The translations under genes were made by a program, and so were the position numbers. A stretch of DNA of 64,000 nt from Alphaproteobacteria bacterium (GTDB lineage Bacteria > Pseudomonadota > Alphaproteobacteria > Bin95), in contig OZ219787.1 in the NCBI GenBank assembly GCA_964291285.2, positions 1,216,001 through 1,280,000 of the forward strand, in the 5' to 3' direction. Each line of letters begins with the position of its first letter. Position 1 is the stretch's first letter. Below are positions 43,046 through 53,347 of the stretch, one piece after another. The notes beneath the pieces are model-generated. The model saw only the letters and a list, made by a program, of their open reading frames with translations. It ran no database searches and had not been told where the DNA came from.

Positions 43046-43803
43046 CTTGCGCTGTCCTCGATCACCTCGCCGCCGAGTTCCTCGACGAAAGCGTAGATCT
43101 CGGTTGCCGCCGCATCGATGCGCGCGCGGTCCGCCCCGCGCACGACCAGCGCGACACCGGTGCCCTTGTCCGTGTTGTAGAAGGGGTAGGAGCCGAGATC
43201 GAGCTCCGGGAAGCGCTGCTGCACCGCGCCCAGCCCCTTCGCCAGCACGCCCTCCACCAGACGGGTCGAGAGCGACCGGGAATGGATCACCGTGCCGCGC
43301 CGGAGCGAGGGTTTGGCGGCCTCGAACATGGACTGCATGATCTGCGGTACCCCGGCGAAGACGAACACGTTCTCCATGCGGAAACCGGGCGCGATGGACA
43401 CGGCGTTGTCCACGAGTTCCGCGCCGACCGGCGTGATCGTCATGCGCTTGCGCGCCTCGGTGAATTCCTGCCCGCGACGGTCGTACCATTCGGCCATCCG
43501 GCGGTAGCTCTCCGGGTGGTAGTGCCATTCCGTCCCGAAGGCGGCGGCGACGGACTCCGGCGTGATGTCATCATGGGTCGGCCCGATGCCGCCGGTGGTG
43601 AACACATAGTCGTAGCGCGCCCTGAGCGCGTTGACGGCTTCGACGATCTCCTCGCGGATATCGGCCACGATGCGTACTTCGCTGAGCTGGATGCCGATCT
43701 CGTTGAGGCCGTTGCCGAGAAAGGCGATGTTCCTGTCCTGGGTGCGGCCCGAGAGGATCTCGTTGCCGATGACGCAGAGCGCGGCGGTAACCGTGGAAGC
43801 CAT
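43042..43803 (-). CDS. CinA-like molybdopterin-binding protein
   Basis: IGNEILSGRTQD.N, GGIGPTHDDIT, GVP. Confidence 0.92.
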   Translation of the reverse strand: MASTVTAALCVIGNEILSGRTQDRNIAFLGNGLNEIGIQLSEVRIVADIREEIVEAVNALRARYDYVFTTGGIGPTHDDITPESVAAAFGTEWHYHPESYRRMAEWYDRRGQEFTEARKRMTITPVGAELVDNAVSIAPGFRMENVFVFAGVPQIMQSMFEAAKPSLRRGTVIHSRSLSTRLVEGVLAKGLGAVQQRFPELDLGSYPFYNTDKGTGVALVVRGADRARIDAAATEIYAFVEELGGEVIEDSAS

Positions 43804-43936
43804 GGAGGTTGTCCTCGGGCGGCGGGCGGGCGGAGGATAGCCCCGCCGGGCGCGCTCTTGAAGACAGCGCGGTTGGCGGGGCGAAATGCTATGCTGGGGG
43901 CTGAGTCCTGTCCGTCAGCACCTGTCCGGAGCCTCG

Positions 43937-44755
43937 ATGCAGCTCAAGCGCCAACAGACCCGCCGCCGGGAAGACGAGATCGCGATCCACACGGAAGCCG
44001 ACCTTGCGGCCATGCGCAAGGCCGGGCGGCTTGCGGCGGAGGTGCTGGACCATGTGACGCCGCATGTCGCGCCGGGCGCGACGACGGAGGAGCTCAACAC
44101 CATCTGCCACGACTTCATCCTTGCGCATGGGGCCGTGCCGGCGCCGCTCAACTACAGGGGCTTCCCGAAGTCGATCTGCACGTCGATCAACCATGTCGTC
44201 TGCCACGGCATTCCGGGGCCGCGCCGGCTGCGCGACGGCGACATCATGAATATCGACGTCACCGTCATACTCGACGGCTGGTACGGCGATACCAGCCGCA
44301 TGTTCCTGGTCGGCGAGCGGGTGGGCGTGAAGGCGCGCCGGCTCGTCTCGGCCACGCATGAGGCCTTGATGCGCGGTATCGATACGGTCCGTCCGGGCGC
44401 GTATCTCGGCGATATCGGCCACGCCGTCCAGGCTTATGTCGAGCCGATGGGCTTTTCCGTGGTGCGGGATTTCTGCGGCCACGGCCTCGGGCGCGAGTTC
44501 CACCAGCCGCCGAGCGTGCTGCATTACGGCCGGCCGGGGGACGGCCCGATGCTGCGGGAAGGCATGTTTTTCACCATCGAACCGATGATCAATGCCGGCC
44601 GGTTCCATGTGAAGATTCTCGCGGACAACTGGACGGCCGTCACCAAGGACAAGTCGCTCTCGGCCCAGTTCGAACACACGGTCGCCGTGGTGCCGGACGG
44701 GGTGGAGGTGCTGACCTATTCGCCGAAGGGATGGGACAAGCCGCCTTATGCGTGA
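43937..44755 (+). CDS. map: Methionine aminopeptidase type I
   Basis: VCHGIP, DVT, GDTS, GHG, TIEPM, AQFEHT. Confidence 0.96.
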   Translation: MQLKRQQTRRREDEIAIHTEADLAAMRKAGRLAAEVLDHVTPHVAPGATTEELNTICHDFILAHGAVPAPLNYRGFPKSICTSINHVVCHGIPGPRRLRDGDIMNIDVTVILDGWYGDTSRMFLVGERVGVKARRLVSATHEALMRGIDTVRPGAYLGDIGHAVQAYVEPMGFSVVRDFCGHGLGREFHQPPSVLHYGRPGDGPMLREGMFFTIEPMINAGRFHVKILADNWTAVTKDKSLSAQFEHTVAVVPDGVEVLTYSPKGWDKPPYA

Positions 44756-45551
44756 CGGGCCTGCGAACGGGGGCGACGGCAAGGTCGTGCCGCTTTTCAG
44801 TACGACTGCGCCCGCCGCGCCGGAGCAGGCCCGCGCGGACGACTCCGCGGTTCCGGGCCGCGATGAGCGAATCAGGAAACAGCGGCAGGGGCACAGGGAA
44901 CGACTTCGCCGGCATTTCCTGAAAAACCTGAACAACGAAGGCAGCATGAAGGACTACGAGTTGCTGGAATTGCTGCTGTTCGGCGCCTATTCCCGGCGGG
45001 ATGTGCAACAGATCGCCAGAGACCTGATCGAGACCTTCGGTTCGCTGAGCGGCGTGCTTGCCGCAGAGCCGGCGGCGCTGCTCAAGGTGAAGGATGTGGG
45101 CGAGGCGGCCGTCTCGATCATCAAGGTCGCCGAGGCGCTCGGCGTCGAACTGGCCCGCAAGGGCGCCGTCAGCGGCGAACTCCTGAACAATTACGACGCC
45201 GTGATCGCCTATTGCCGTGCCCGGATGGGCCGGCGGCCGGTGGAGGAGTTCCGCATCCTGTTCATGGACAACAGGAACCGCCTGCTGCGCGACGAACGCC
45301 AGACCACCGGCACGATCAACCACACCCCCGCCTACCCGCGCGAGGTGTGCAAGCGGGCGCTCGAAGTCGGGGCGTCCGCCGTCATCCTGGTCCACAACCA
45401 TCCGAGCGGCGACCCGACGCCGTCCGGGGCGGATATCGAGATCACCCGGCGCATCGAGGCGGCCGCGAAGCTGCTCGGCATCGCCGTCCACGACCACCTG
45501 ATCGTCACGCGCGGCGAGACGCTGAGCTTCAAGGCGAAGGGGCTGCTCTGA
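44748..45551 (+). CDS. radC: RadC/JAB-domain protein
   Basis: GHRERLR, ELLELLL, HNHPSGDPTPS..D, HDH. Confidence 0.93.
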   Translation: MRDGPANGGDGKVVPLFSTTAPAAPEQARADDSAVPGRDERIRKQRQGHRERLRRHFLKNLNNEGSMKDYELLELLLFGAYSRRDVQQIARDLIETFGSLSGVLAAEPAALLKVKDVGEAAVSIIKVAEALGVELARKGAVSGELLNNYDAVIAYCRARMGRRPVEEFRILFMDNRNRLLRDERQTTGTINHTPAYPREVCKRALEVGASAVILVHNHPSGDPTPSGADIEITRRIEAAAKLLGIAVHDHLIVTRGETLSFKAKGLL

Positions 45552-45559
45552 GGGGCGCT

Positions 45560-46315
45560 TCAGCCGAGGAGGAACCGCCCGGCGAGCACCGCCCCCAGCA
45601 CGATCAGCAGCGCGAGCACGGCCTTGCGGAAGGTCTCGGCCGGAAGGCGGCGGCGCAGCGCCTCGCCGAGCTTCACCCCTGCCCAGACCGGCAGCAGGCC
45701 CAGCACCGAGACCATGGCCGCCGGGCCGGTCAGCAGCCCCGCTTCCGACAGCCCCACCGCCATGGCGAGGCTGGAGAAGGTGAACACGCAGTTGATGGCC
45801 TGCACGAAGCGGTTCGGGTCCAGTTGCAGAGCCAGCAGGTAGGGCAGCAGCGGCATCACCTGCGAGCCGGTGAGGCCGTTCACCGTGCCGTTGATGAACC
45901 CGACGGGCCATTGCAGCGGACGTTCCAGACGGGACGGCAGCATGAGCGCCGGGCGCGCCAGCGCGAAGATGGCATAGCCCGTAAGCACCGCCCCGAGCGC
46001 GGCCCCGGCGGCCAGCGGATCGACCCAGACCAGAAGCATGACGCCGAGCGCAACGCCCGGCAGCACCGCCAGGCATAGCGGCCAGAACCGCCGCACCGTC
46101 TCGCGGAAATGGCCCGCCCCGCGCATGACCAGAAGATTGCTTGCAATCGACGGCGCGAGCACCAGCGGCAGCGCCTCGCGTATGCCGATGGACAGCGCAA
46201 GCAGCGGCAGCGCGCAGGTCGAGAAGCCGAGCCCGGTGGCTCCCTTGACAAAGGCGGCGAGCAGGAAAGCGGCGGCGACGGCGGCGAGCGTTTCCGGCGC
46301 CGTCGGATCAATCAT
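45560..46315 (-). CDS. TauE/SafE sulfite exporter family protein
   Basis: VKGATGLG, multiple TM helices. Confidence 0.85.
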   Translation of the reverse strand: MIDPTAPETLAAVAAAFLLAAFVKGATGLGFSTCALPLLALSIGIREALPLVLAPSIASNLLVMRGAGHFRETVRRFWPLCLAVLPGVALGVMLLVWVDPLAAGAALGAVLTGYAIFALARPALMLPSRLERPLQWPVGFINGTVNGLTGSQVMPLLPYLLALQLDPNRFVQAINCVFTFSSLAMAVGLSEAGLLTGPAAMVSVLGLLPVWAGVKLGEALRRRLPAETFRKAVLALLIVLGAVLAGRFLLG

Positions 46316-47198
46316 GCGTGTAGCCCTGCCGCGCAACCGGGACGGGCTCCCCCGGCGCGTCGAGGACGGTTACGCCCTCGCCCGCGACGATGCGCCCGAC
46401 AGGGATGGCTGCGCTCTCCCGCGCGGTGAAGACCAGTTCGTAGTCGTCGCCGCCGGTCAGCGCCTCCAGCCGGGCGCCGGCCCCGAGCGCGGCCACCTCC
46501 GGTGAGAGCGGCACGGCCTCGAGCTCGATGACGGCGCCGACGCCGGAGGCCCGGCAGATATGGCCGAGATCGGCAATGAGCCCGTCGGAGATATCGGCCG
46601 CTGCCGTGGCGCCCTCGGCCGCGCCGAAACGCGGCGTGGGCAGCCAGTAGCGTTCCGCTAGGCGCGGCGCGTCGAGTTCGCCGCGGACGGCCTTCAGCCC
46701 GAAACAGCCGTCGCCGACGGGCCCGGTGACGAACACGCGGTCGCCGGGCCTCGCGCCGGAGCGGCGAACCGGGGCGGCCGCCGAGCCGAAGGCGGTCACG
46801 GTAAGCGTGAGCGCGCCCGGCGTCGCCACCGTGTCGCCGCCGAGCAGCGAAAGGCCGAACTCCTTCTGGTCCGCGGCCAGGCCGGCCGCGAAGCCTTCCA
46901 GCCACGGGTCGTCGATCCGCCCGGGCAGGGCAAGGTTGAGCAGGTATCCTTCCGGCCGGGCGGCCATGGCGGCGAGGTCGGAGAGGTTGCTTCGCAAGAG
47001 CCGCCGGGCGATCAGGCCGGGCGGCCCGTCGCCCGGGAAATGCACGCCCTCCACCATGCTGTCCGTGGTGACGACCAGCTGCCGGCCCTCGGGCGCGTCG
47101 ATGAGCGCGGCGTCGTCTTCGAGGCCGCCCGCTCCGGCGGCGGTCGCGAGCGGCGCCAGGAAGCGGCGGATCAGCTCGAATTCGCCCGACCGGCTCAT
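46308..47198 (-). CDS. thiL: Thiamine-monophosphate kinase
   Basis: EFELI, DDAA, NLSDLAAM, DISDGL, GGDDYEL. Confidence 0.95.
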   Translation of the reverse strand: MSRSGEFELIRRFLAPLATAAGAGGLEDDAALIDAPEGRQLVVTTDSMVEGVHFPGDGPPGLIARRLLRSNLSDLAAMAARPEGYLLNLALPGRIDDPWLEGFAAGLAADQKEFGLSLLGGDTVATPGALTLTVTAFGSAAAPVRRSGARPGDRVFVTGPVGDGCFGLKAVRGELDAPRLAERYWLPTPRFGAAEGATAAADISDGLIADLGHICRASGVGAVIELEAVPLSPEVAALGAGARLEALTGGDDYELVFTARESAAIPVGRIVAGEGVTVLDAPGEPVPVARQGYTHD

Positions 47199-47710
47199 GC
47201 CGCCGGGCCGTCGAGCTCGCCGGGCCGTGCGCTATGGGCGATCCGGTCGAACACGGCGGTCGCGAAGCGGGCCTGCGGCTCGTCGAAGAAATCGCCCACA
47301 AGGTCCGTGTATTCGCGGATCGCGACGCGGGGCGGCACGTCCGGTCGGTAGAGCAGCTCGGCCGCCCCCAGCCTGAGTGCGGCGCGGAGCACCGGCTCCA
47401 GCCGCCCGAGCCCGTCGGGTTTGTCGAGCGCTGCCGATACCGCGCTGTCGATGTCGCGCCGGTGGTCCGCCACCGCCCGCAGCAGGCGGTCGAAGAAACG
47501 GCGGTCGGCGTCCATCCTGATGCCTTCGAGGTTCCTGCCGAGGCGGTAGCGCCGGAACTGGTCCGACACCGCTTCTGCCGACTCGCGGTTCATCTCCGCC
47601 TGGTAGAGCGCCTGGAGGGCGGCGAGACGTGCAAGCCGCCGCCGGCTCGGAGGCGCCTCCCCGGCGTCTTCGGCCTCCCGGGGCCCGGACTCGCGCTCGG
47701 CCGGCGTCAA
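47195..47710 (-). CDS. nusB: Transcription antitermination factor NusB
   Basis: RRLARLAALQALYQ, VP..VAI.EY; TTG start overlapping the ribH stop. Confidence 0.9.
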   Translation of the reverse strand: MTPAERESGPREAEDAGEAPPSRRRLARLAALQALYQAEMNRESAEAVSDQFRRYRLGRNLEGIRMDADRRFFDRLLRAVADHRRDIDSAVSAALDKPDGLGRLEPVLRAALRLGAAELLYRPDVPPRVAIREYTDLVGDFFDEPQARFATAVFDRIAHSARPGELDGPAA

Positions 47711-48141
47711 TCCGCCCGCCCGAGCGCCTGCTTCAGCACGATGGTCTTGAGGCAGGCATGGGCCGCCTCGGCGCCCTTGTTCTTGCCGGAGACGCTGGCG
47801 CGGACGCGCGCCTGGTCGCCGTTCTCGCAGGTGAGCAGGCCGAATCCCAGCGCCAGCTTGCGCTCGACGGCGAGGGTCTGGAGCGCCCGGCTCACCTCCG
47901 TGCAGAGATGGTCGTAGTGGCTCGTCTCGCCGCGAATGACGCAGCCGATGGCGATGAAGCCGTCGAACCGCTTCGGCGAGTCGAGCGCAATCGAGATCGC
48001 GACCGGCAGCTCGAACGCGCCGGCGACGTTGTAACGGTCCCAGCTGTGGCCGGCCTCCTCGATGACGGCCCCGGCCCCGGCAATCATCTCGTCGCAGATG
48101 TCCTCGTAATAGGGTGCGACCACCATCATGATGTGGGCCAC
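47707..48141 (-). CDS. ribH: 6,7-dimethyl-8-ribityllumazine synthase
   Basis: GAFELP, GCVIRGETSHYD, NKG. Confidence 0.95.
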   Translation of the reverse strand: MAHIMMVVAPYYEDICDEMIAGAGAVIEEAGHSWDRYNVAGAFELPVAISIALDSPKRFDGFIAIGCVIRGETSHYDHLCTEVSRALQTLAVERKLALGFGLLTCENGDQARVRASVSGKNKGAEAAHACLKTIVLKQALGRAD

Positions 48142-49310
48142 AGGCTCTCCTCCTTCGGGATCGGGCGCCGGCCGGCAATGTGCAGGTCGTAGCCGTCGAG
48201 GCCGACGACATGCCGGTCGCTGTCTGACAGCAGCACCATGTTGACGACGCCGAGGTCGCGCAGGATCTGCGCCCCGACGCCGTAGTCGCGCAGCGGCGGC
48301 CGGCCGCGCGTTTCACGGCTGTCGATCTCGGCCTTGATCCGCGCCGAGAGCAGCGCCGTGTGGCGCTCGCGAAGCAGCATCACCACGCCCCGGCCCTCCT
48401 GGCCGATGGCCATCATGGAACGCTGCAACTCGCCGCCGCGCCCCCGGTGCTGGTCGCCCAGCACGTCTTCGAGGATGTTGAAGGCATGCGCGCGGACGAG
48501 CACCGGCTCATCGCCCGAAAGCTCGCCCTTCACCAGCACCTGGTGCTCGACGCCGTCGATCTTGTTGCGGTAGATGATGAGCCTGAAATGCCCGCCATAG
48601 CGGCTTTCGAACTCCGACTGGATGACCTGCTCGACCAGGATGTCCTGCCGCCGGCGCCAGGCGATCAGGTCCTCGATGGCGCCGATCTTGAGGTTGTGGA
48701 ACTGGGCGAAGGGAACGAGATCCGGCAGCCGCGCCATGGTGCCGTCATCGTTCATGATCTCGCAGATCACGCCGGCCGGGTTGAGCCCGGCGAGGCGCGC
48801 GATATCGACGGCGGCCTCGGTGTGGCCGGCGCGCACCAGCACGCCGCCTTCGCGCGCTTCCAACGGGAAGACGTGGCCCGGCGTGGAGAGGTCGCTGCCG
48901 CTTTTTTCCGGGTCGATGGCGACCGCGATGGTGCGCGCCCGGTCCGGGGCGGAAATGCCGGTGGTCACCCCCTCCTTGGCCTCGATGGACACGGTGAAGG
49001 CGGTGGACTGGCGCTGCTCGTTCTCGCGCGGCATCAGCGGCAGGCGGAGTTCCTTCACCCGCGCCGGGGTGAGGGCGAGGCAAATAAGCCCGCGCCCGTA
49101 TTTCGCCATGAAGTTGATCGCGTCCGGCGTCGCCATCTGCGCCGGGATCACCAGGTCGCCCTCGTTCTCGCGGTCCTCGTCATCGACGAGGATGAACATG
49201 CGCCCGTTGCGGGCTTCCTCGATGATCTCCTCGATGGACGAGAGATAACCGAGGTCGTCCGTCGTGCGCGGCGCGGACGCCCGCATGAGCCCGTCGAGAT
49301 TACTTGCCAC
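48126..49310 (-). CDS. ribB: DHBP synthase with degenerate GTP cyclohydrolase II domain (RibBX type)
   Basis: DDEDRENEGD, PGHVFPL, GHTEA; C-terminal domain lacks the Zn cysteines. Confidence 0.93.
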   Translation of the reverse strand: MASNLDGLMRASAPRTTDDLGYLSSIEEIIEEARNGRMFILVDDEDRENEGDLVIPAQMATPDAINFMAKYGRGLICLALTPARVKELRLPLMPRENEQRQSTAFTVSIEAKEGVTTGISAPDRARTIAVAIDPEKSGSDLSTPGHVFPLEAREGGVLVRAGHTEAAVDIARLAGLNPAGVICEIMNDDGTMARLPDLVPFAQFHNLKIGAIEDLIAWRRRQDILVEQVIQSEFESRYGGHFRLIIYRNKIDGVEHQVLVKGELSGDEPVLVRAHAFNILEDVLGDQHRGRGGELQRSMMAIGQEGRGVVMLLRERHTALLSARIKAEIDSRETRGRPPLRDYGVGAQILRDLGVVNMVLLSDSDRHVVGLDGYDLHIAGRRPIPKEESLWPTS

Positions 49311-49899
49311 GGCCCAGCTCCTCCAATTGGCGGGCAAGGTAGCGCGCCAGCATGTCGATTTCCATGTTGACCGCATCTCCGGGCTGAAGTTCGCCGAGCG
49401 TCGTGTGCGAAAGGGTGTGCGGGATGATGTTGACGCCGAAGCGCGCGCCGTCCACCTCGTTGACCGTGAGCGATACGCCGTCGAGCGCGACCGAGCCCTT
49501 GGAGGCGACGAACCGGGCGAGCGCTTCCGGGGCCTCGAAGGTGAAGCGCACGCTGTCCCCTTCCGGGCGGCGCGACACCGTTCCGGCGACGCCGTCCACA
49601 TGGCCCGAGACGATATGCCCGCCGAGCTCGTCGCCGACGCAAAGCGCGCGTTCGAGGTTGACCGGGGTTCCCTCGCGCCAGTCGCCGAGCGTGGTGCAGG
49701 CGAGCGTTTCGGCCGAGGCCTCGACCGCGAACGCGCCCGGCCGGACGGCAACGACCGTCAGGCACGCGCCGGAGCAGGAGATCGAGGCGCCGAGCGCGAT
49801 GCCCGAGGTGTCCCAGGCCGTCGCGATCTCGAACCGGGTGTCGCCTTGCCGCTCGACGGCCTCCACGCGCCCGATATCGGTGACTATTCCGGTGAACAT
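49300..49899 (-). CDS. ribE: Riboflavin synthase alpha chain
   Basis: MFTGI, G.CLTV, GGHIVSGHVD, GVSLTVN. Confidence 0.96.
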   Translation of the reverse strand: MFTGIVTDIGRVEAVERQGDTRFEIATAWDTSGIALGASISCSGACLTVVAVRPGAFAVEASAETLACTTLGDWREGTPVNLERALCVGDELGGHIVSGHVDGVAGTVSRRPEGDSVRFTFEAPEALARFVASKGSVALDGVSLTVNEVDGARFGVNIIPHTLSHTTLGELQPGDAVNMEIDMLARYLARQLEELGRGK

Positions 49900-50996
49900 C
49901 GCCGCCAGACCTCCCAGGTGTCGCCGCCGGCCTCGCGCCGGGCATGAAGGCGGAAGCGCGGCGCGTCGCCGGGGTTCTCCGCGCCGAGCGCCGCCACGGC
50001 AGGCGCGCCGTCGCCGCCCATCACCGCGGGCGCGCGGAACCAGTGGATACGGTCCACCAGGTCCGCCTTCAGCAACGCCGCCGCCAGCATGCCGCCGCCC
50101 TCCACCAGCAGGCGGCTGAGACCTTCCTCGCCGAGCCGCCGGAGGCCGGCCGCGAGGTCCATCCGCCCGTCCTCGCCGGCCGGTACGCGGATCAGCCGGA
50201 CGCCGGCGTCCTCCAGCCGGCTTGCCCGGTCCCGGTCTGCGTCCTCCCGGCAGAGCACCCGGCAGGGCCGGCCGTCGGCGGCCAGATGGTGCGTCGGCGG
50301 CAGGCCGAGGCTGCCGTCCGCCACGATGCGCAGCGGCGACCGGTCCCGGAGCCCGTCCAGCCGGCAGTCGAGGCGCGGATTGTCCAGAAGCGCGGTGCGC
50401 GCGCCCACCATGACCGCGTCATGGCCGGCCCTCAGCCTGTGCGCGGCCGCGCGGGCCGCGGGGCCGGTGATCCAGCGGCTCTCGCCGCCCTGCGCCGCGA
50501 TCCGTCCGTCCAGGGTCGTCGCGGTCTTGAGCGCGACCAGCGGCCGGCTCGAGCCGACACGGGTGAGGAAGCCCTCATTGTCGAACCGCGCCTCCGCCTC
50601 GCCGAGCCCCGTTTCCACCGCAATGCCCGCCGCCTCCAGCCGCGCGAAGCCCCGCCCGGCCACGCGCGGGTCCGGGTCTCCGGTCGCGGCGACGACGCGG
50701 GCGATGCCGGCCTCGATGAGCGCGTCGGCGCAGGGCGGCGTCCGGCCGTGGTGGCTGCACGGCTCCAGCGTCACATAGCAGGCGGCGCCCCTGGCGGCCG
50801 CGCCCGCGCGCGCCAGCGCTTCGGCCTCGGCGTGGGGCCGTCCGCCCGGCTGCGTCCATCCCCGCCCGACGACGCGGCTGCCATGCGCCAGCACGCAGCC
50901 GACCGCGGGGTTGGGCCAGACCAGGCCGAGGCCCCGCCGGCCGAGCGCGAGCGCAGCGCCCATATGCGCCGCGTCCATGGCGCCTGCGTCAGTCAT
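49884..50996 (-). CDS. ribD: Riboflavin biosynthesis deaminase/reductase
   Basis: [25 protein letters not shown]. Confidence 0.95.
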   Translation of the reverse strand: MTDAGAMDAAHMGAALALGRRGLGLVWPNPAVGCVLAHGSRVVGRGWTQPGGRPHAEAEALARAGAAARGAACYVTLEPCSHHGRTPPCADALIEAGIARVVAATGDPDPRVAGRGFARLEAAGIAVETGLGEAEARFDNEGFLTRVGSSRPLVALKTATTLDGRIAAQGGESRWITGPAARAAAHRLRAGHDAVMVGARTALLDNPRLDCRLDGLRDRSPLRIVADGSLGLPPTHHLAADGRPCRVLCREDADRDRASRLEDAGVRLIRVPAGEDGRMDLAAGLRRLGEEGLSRLLVEGGGMLAAALLKADLVDRIHWFRAPAVMGGDGAPAVAALGAENPGDAPRFRLHARREAGGDTWEVWRRCSPE

Positions 50997-51447
50997 CCTG
51001 TTCGGAGAGCTGCCCGACAAACTCCTCGAAATCCCTGGCTTCGCGGAAGTCCCGGTAAACGGAGGCGAAGCGGACATAGGCGACCTGGTCGAGGTCGGCG
51101 AGCATCTCCATCACCATTTCGCCGAGTTGGTCCGAAGGGAATTCGGTCTGCCCCGAGGCTTCGAGCTGGCGCACCAGGCTGGAGATCATGCGCTCCAGCC
51201 GGTCGTCGTCCACGGGCCGCTTGCGCAGCGCGATCGCAACCGAGCGTTTCAGCTTCTCGCGGTCGAAGGTCTCGCGCCTGCCGCTGGACTTGACGATGGT
51301 GAGATCGCGCAGCTGCACCCGCTCGAATGTGGTGAAGCGCGCATTGCAGGCCGGGCAGTGGCGGCGGCGGCGGATGACGGTGTTGTCCTCCGTCGGCCGG
51401 CTGTCCTTCACCTGCGTGTCTTCATGGGCGCAGAACGGGCAACGCAT
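50989..51447 (-). CDS. nrdR: Transcriptional repressor NrdR
   Basis: [28 protein letters not shown]. Confidence 0.97.
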   Translation of the reverse strand: MRCPFCAHEDTQVKDSRPTEDNTVIRRRRHCPACNARFTTFERVQLRDLTIVKSSGRRETFDREKLKRSVAIALRKRPVDDDRLERMISSLVRQLEASGQTEFPSDQLGEMVMEMLADLDQVAYVRFASVYRDFREARDFEEFVGQLSEQDD

Positions 51448-51451
51448 CGCA

Positions 51452-52714
51452 CTACCTCCCCGGGGCCGCCCCGTAGATCGGGAAGCGCGCCAGCAGCGCC
51501 TCGACCCGCGCCGCCGCGCCCGCCTCCGCCGCCTCGCCGCCCTTCAGCACCTCCACGATGAGCCGCCCGACTTCCCGGAACGCCTCCTCGTCGAAGCCGC
51601 GCGTGGTCGCCGCCGGCGAGCCGAGGCGCAGCCCGGAGGTGACGGTCGGCTTCTCCGGGTCGAACGGGATGCCGTTCTTGTTGCAGGTGATGCGCGCGCG
51701 CTCCAGCGCCTTCTCCGCGACATCGCCGGTGAGGCCGAGCGGGCGCAGATCGACCAGCAGCAGGTGCGTGTCGGTGCCGCCCGACACGATTTCGAGCCCG
51801 CCTTCCCGCAGGCTTTCGGCGAGCGCGCGGGCATTGGCGACCACGGCCTCGGCATAGTCGCGGAACCCGGGTTGCAGCGCCTCGCCGAAGGCGACCGCCT
51901 TGGCGGCGATGGCGTGCATCAGCGGGCCGCCCTGGAGGCCGGGGAACACCGCCGAGTCGATCCGCCGGCCGAGGCTTTCGTCGTTGGTGAGGATCATGCC
52001 GCCGCGCGGGCCGCGCAGCGTCTTGTGCGTGGTGGTGGTGACGATGTCGGCCCAAGGCAGCGGGCTCGGATGCACGCCCGCCGCCACCAGCCCGGCGAAA
52101 TGCGCCATGTCGACCATGAACTTCGCGCCGCACGAGTCGGCGATCTCGCGGAAGGGCCGGAAGTCGATCTCGCGCGGATAGGCCGAGCCGCCGGCGATGA
52201 TGAGCGCCGGCCGGCGTTCCTCCGCCAACCGCGCGACCTCGTCGAAGTCGATCCGGCTGTCCTGGCGGCGCACGCCGTATTGCACGGCGTCGAACCATTT
52301 GCCGGAGAGGTTGGGCGCCGCGCCGTGCGTCAGGTGCCCGCCGGCGGCGAGCGACATGCCGAGCACCGTGTCGCCCGGCTTGCAGAGCGCCATGAAGGCC
52401 GCCTGGTTCGCCTGCGCGCCGGAATGCGGCTGGACATTGACATGCGCCGCGCCGAACAGCTGCTTCGCCCGCTCGATGGCGAGCCGCTCCGCCCGGTCCA
52501 CCCATTCGCAGCCGCCATAGTAGCGCCGCCCCGGATAGCCCTCGGCATATTTGTTGGTCAGCACCGAGCCCTGCGCCTCCAGCACGGCGCGCGAGACGAT
52601 GTTCTCCGACGCGATCAGCTCGATCTGGTCGCGCTGCCGGTCCAGCTCCCCGCCGATGGCGGCGGAGAGGTCCGGGTCGGCGTCGGCCAGCGGCGCGGTG
52701 AAGAAATCGGCCAT
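51452..52714 (-). CDS. glyA: Serine hydroxymethyltransferase
   Basis: [31 protein letters not shown]. Confidence 0.97.
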   Translation of the reverse strand: MADFFTAPLADADPDLSAAIGGELDRQRDQIELIASENIVSRAVLEAQGSVLTNKYAEGYPGRRYYGGCEWVDRAERLAIERAKQLFGAAHVNVQPHSGAQANQAAFMALCKPGDTVLGMSLAAGGHLTHGAAPNLSGKWFDAVQYGVRRQDSRIDFDEVARLAEERRPALIIAGGSAYPREIDFRPFREIADSCGAKFMVDMAHFAGLVAAGVHPSPLPWADIVTTTTHKTLRGPRGGMILTNDESLGRRIDSAVFPGLQGGPLMHAIAAKAVAFGEALQPGFRDYAEAVVANARALAESLREGGLEIVSGGTDTHLLLVDLRPLGLTGDVAEKALERARITCNKNGIPFDPEKPTVTSGLRLGSPAATTRGFDEEAFREVGRLIVEVLKGGEAAEAGAAARVEALLARFPIYGAAPGR

Positions 52715-52845
52715 GCGCGAGGGGCTCCCGAGTGCAGCCCCAGCCCATAGCAAATCCCGCCCCCGCCCGCCATAGCGCGCGGCCCATGGTAGTGTCTCAC
52801 TTTGACTTTACTGGGCGATCACAAGCCAGATGGAGGTTCCCATGG

Positions 52846-53127
52846 CTACTGAATCGTCGGATCGTTACCGAACATCTCCTGATGCAGGAGGCTCCCTACG
52901 GCTGAAATCAGAAGTTTGCGCATCGTGCGGAGCCGTGCTTTTTCGTCCTCGGACAACGTTGAGGGAAGTGATGCTTCGGTCAGGCGTGACAGAAGATCTG
53001 CTGCGAGAGTTGCACAGCCACGGATTTGGGCGAGTTCTCGAAGAGCTTGCGCCAACTCGAAGATGAACGCGGTCTCGGCGGTGCCGTCGTAGGCCATCTC
53101 GACGATCTTCCGGGTGTCCTCATCCAC
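52846..53127 (-). CDS. Hypothetical 93-aa helical protein (IS cargo)
   Basis: GTG start with GGGAG RBS, overlapping the upstream stop; ends just inside the IR. Confidence 0.55.
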   Translation of the reverse strand: MDEDTRKIVEMAYDGTAETAFIFELAQALRELAQIRGCATLAADLLSRLTEASLPSTLSEDEKARLRTMRKLLISAVGSLLHQEMFGNDPTIQ

Positions 53128-53347
53128 GGTAGGTCTCCCTCGTGTTCCGGTGCCGTCGGCAGCGCGGCTCGCCGTTCACCGTGTGGGTCGCCCTCGCACC
53201 GCAGGGCATCTCGCCATACGGGCCTGGGGCCGTGCAGCGCGGGCCGGGGTCCGGCCGCTGCTCCGGCCTCGGGGCATTGCGTCCAGCGACCATGCCCAGG
53301 AGGCCGAGCAGCACCGCGCCGCCCACGATGACGATGAGGGTTGTCAT
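53120..53347 (-). CDS. Hypothetical 75-aa protein, N-terminal TM helix and C/C/C/H cluster (IS cargo)
   Basis: MTTLIVIVGGAVLLGLLG; ATG overlaps the transposase stop (ATGA). Confidence 0.55.
   Translation of the reverse strand: MTTLIVIVGGAVLLGLLGMVAGRNAPRPEQRPDPGPRCTAPGPYGEMPCGARATHTVNGEPRCRRHRNTRETYRG

Noticed and set aside
49900-52790. FMN or ZTP/glycine riboswitch ahead of rib or glyA genes
   Set aside because: The rib genes overlap with no leader space, and the 73 bp before glyA shows no recognisable aptamer
52830-53066. 78-aa plus-strand ORF with CxxC inside the IS1-like element
   Set aside because: Fully antisense to the 93-aa ORF that fits the coupled minus-strand operon; it has a plausible RBS, so it is not strictly excluded
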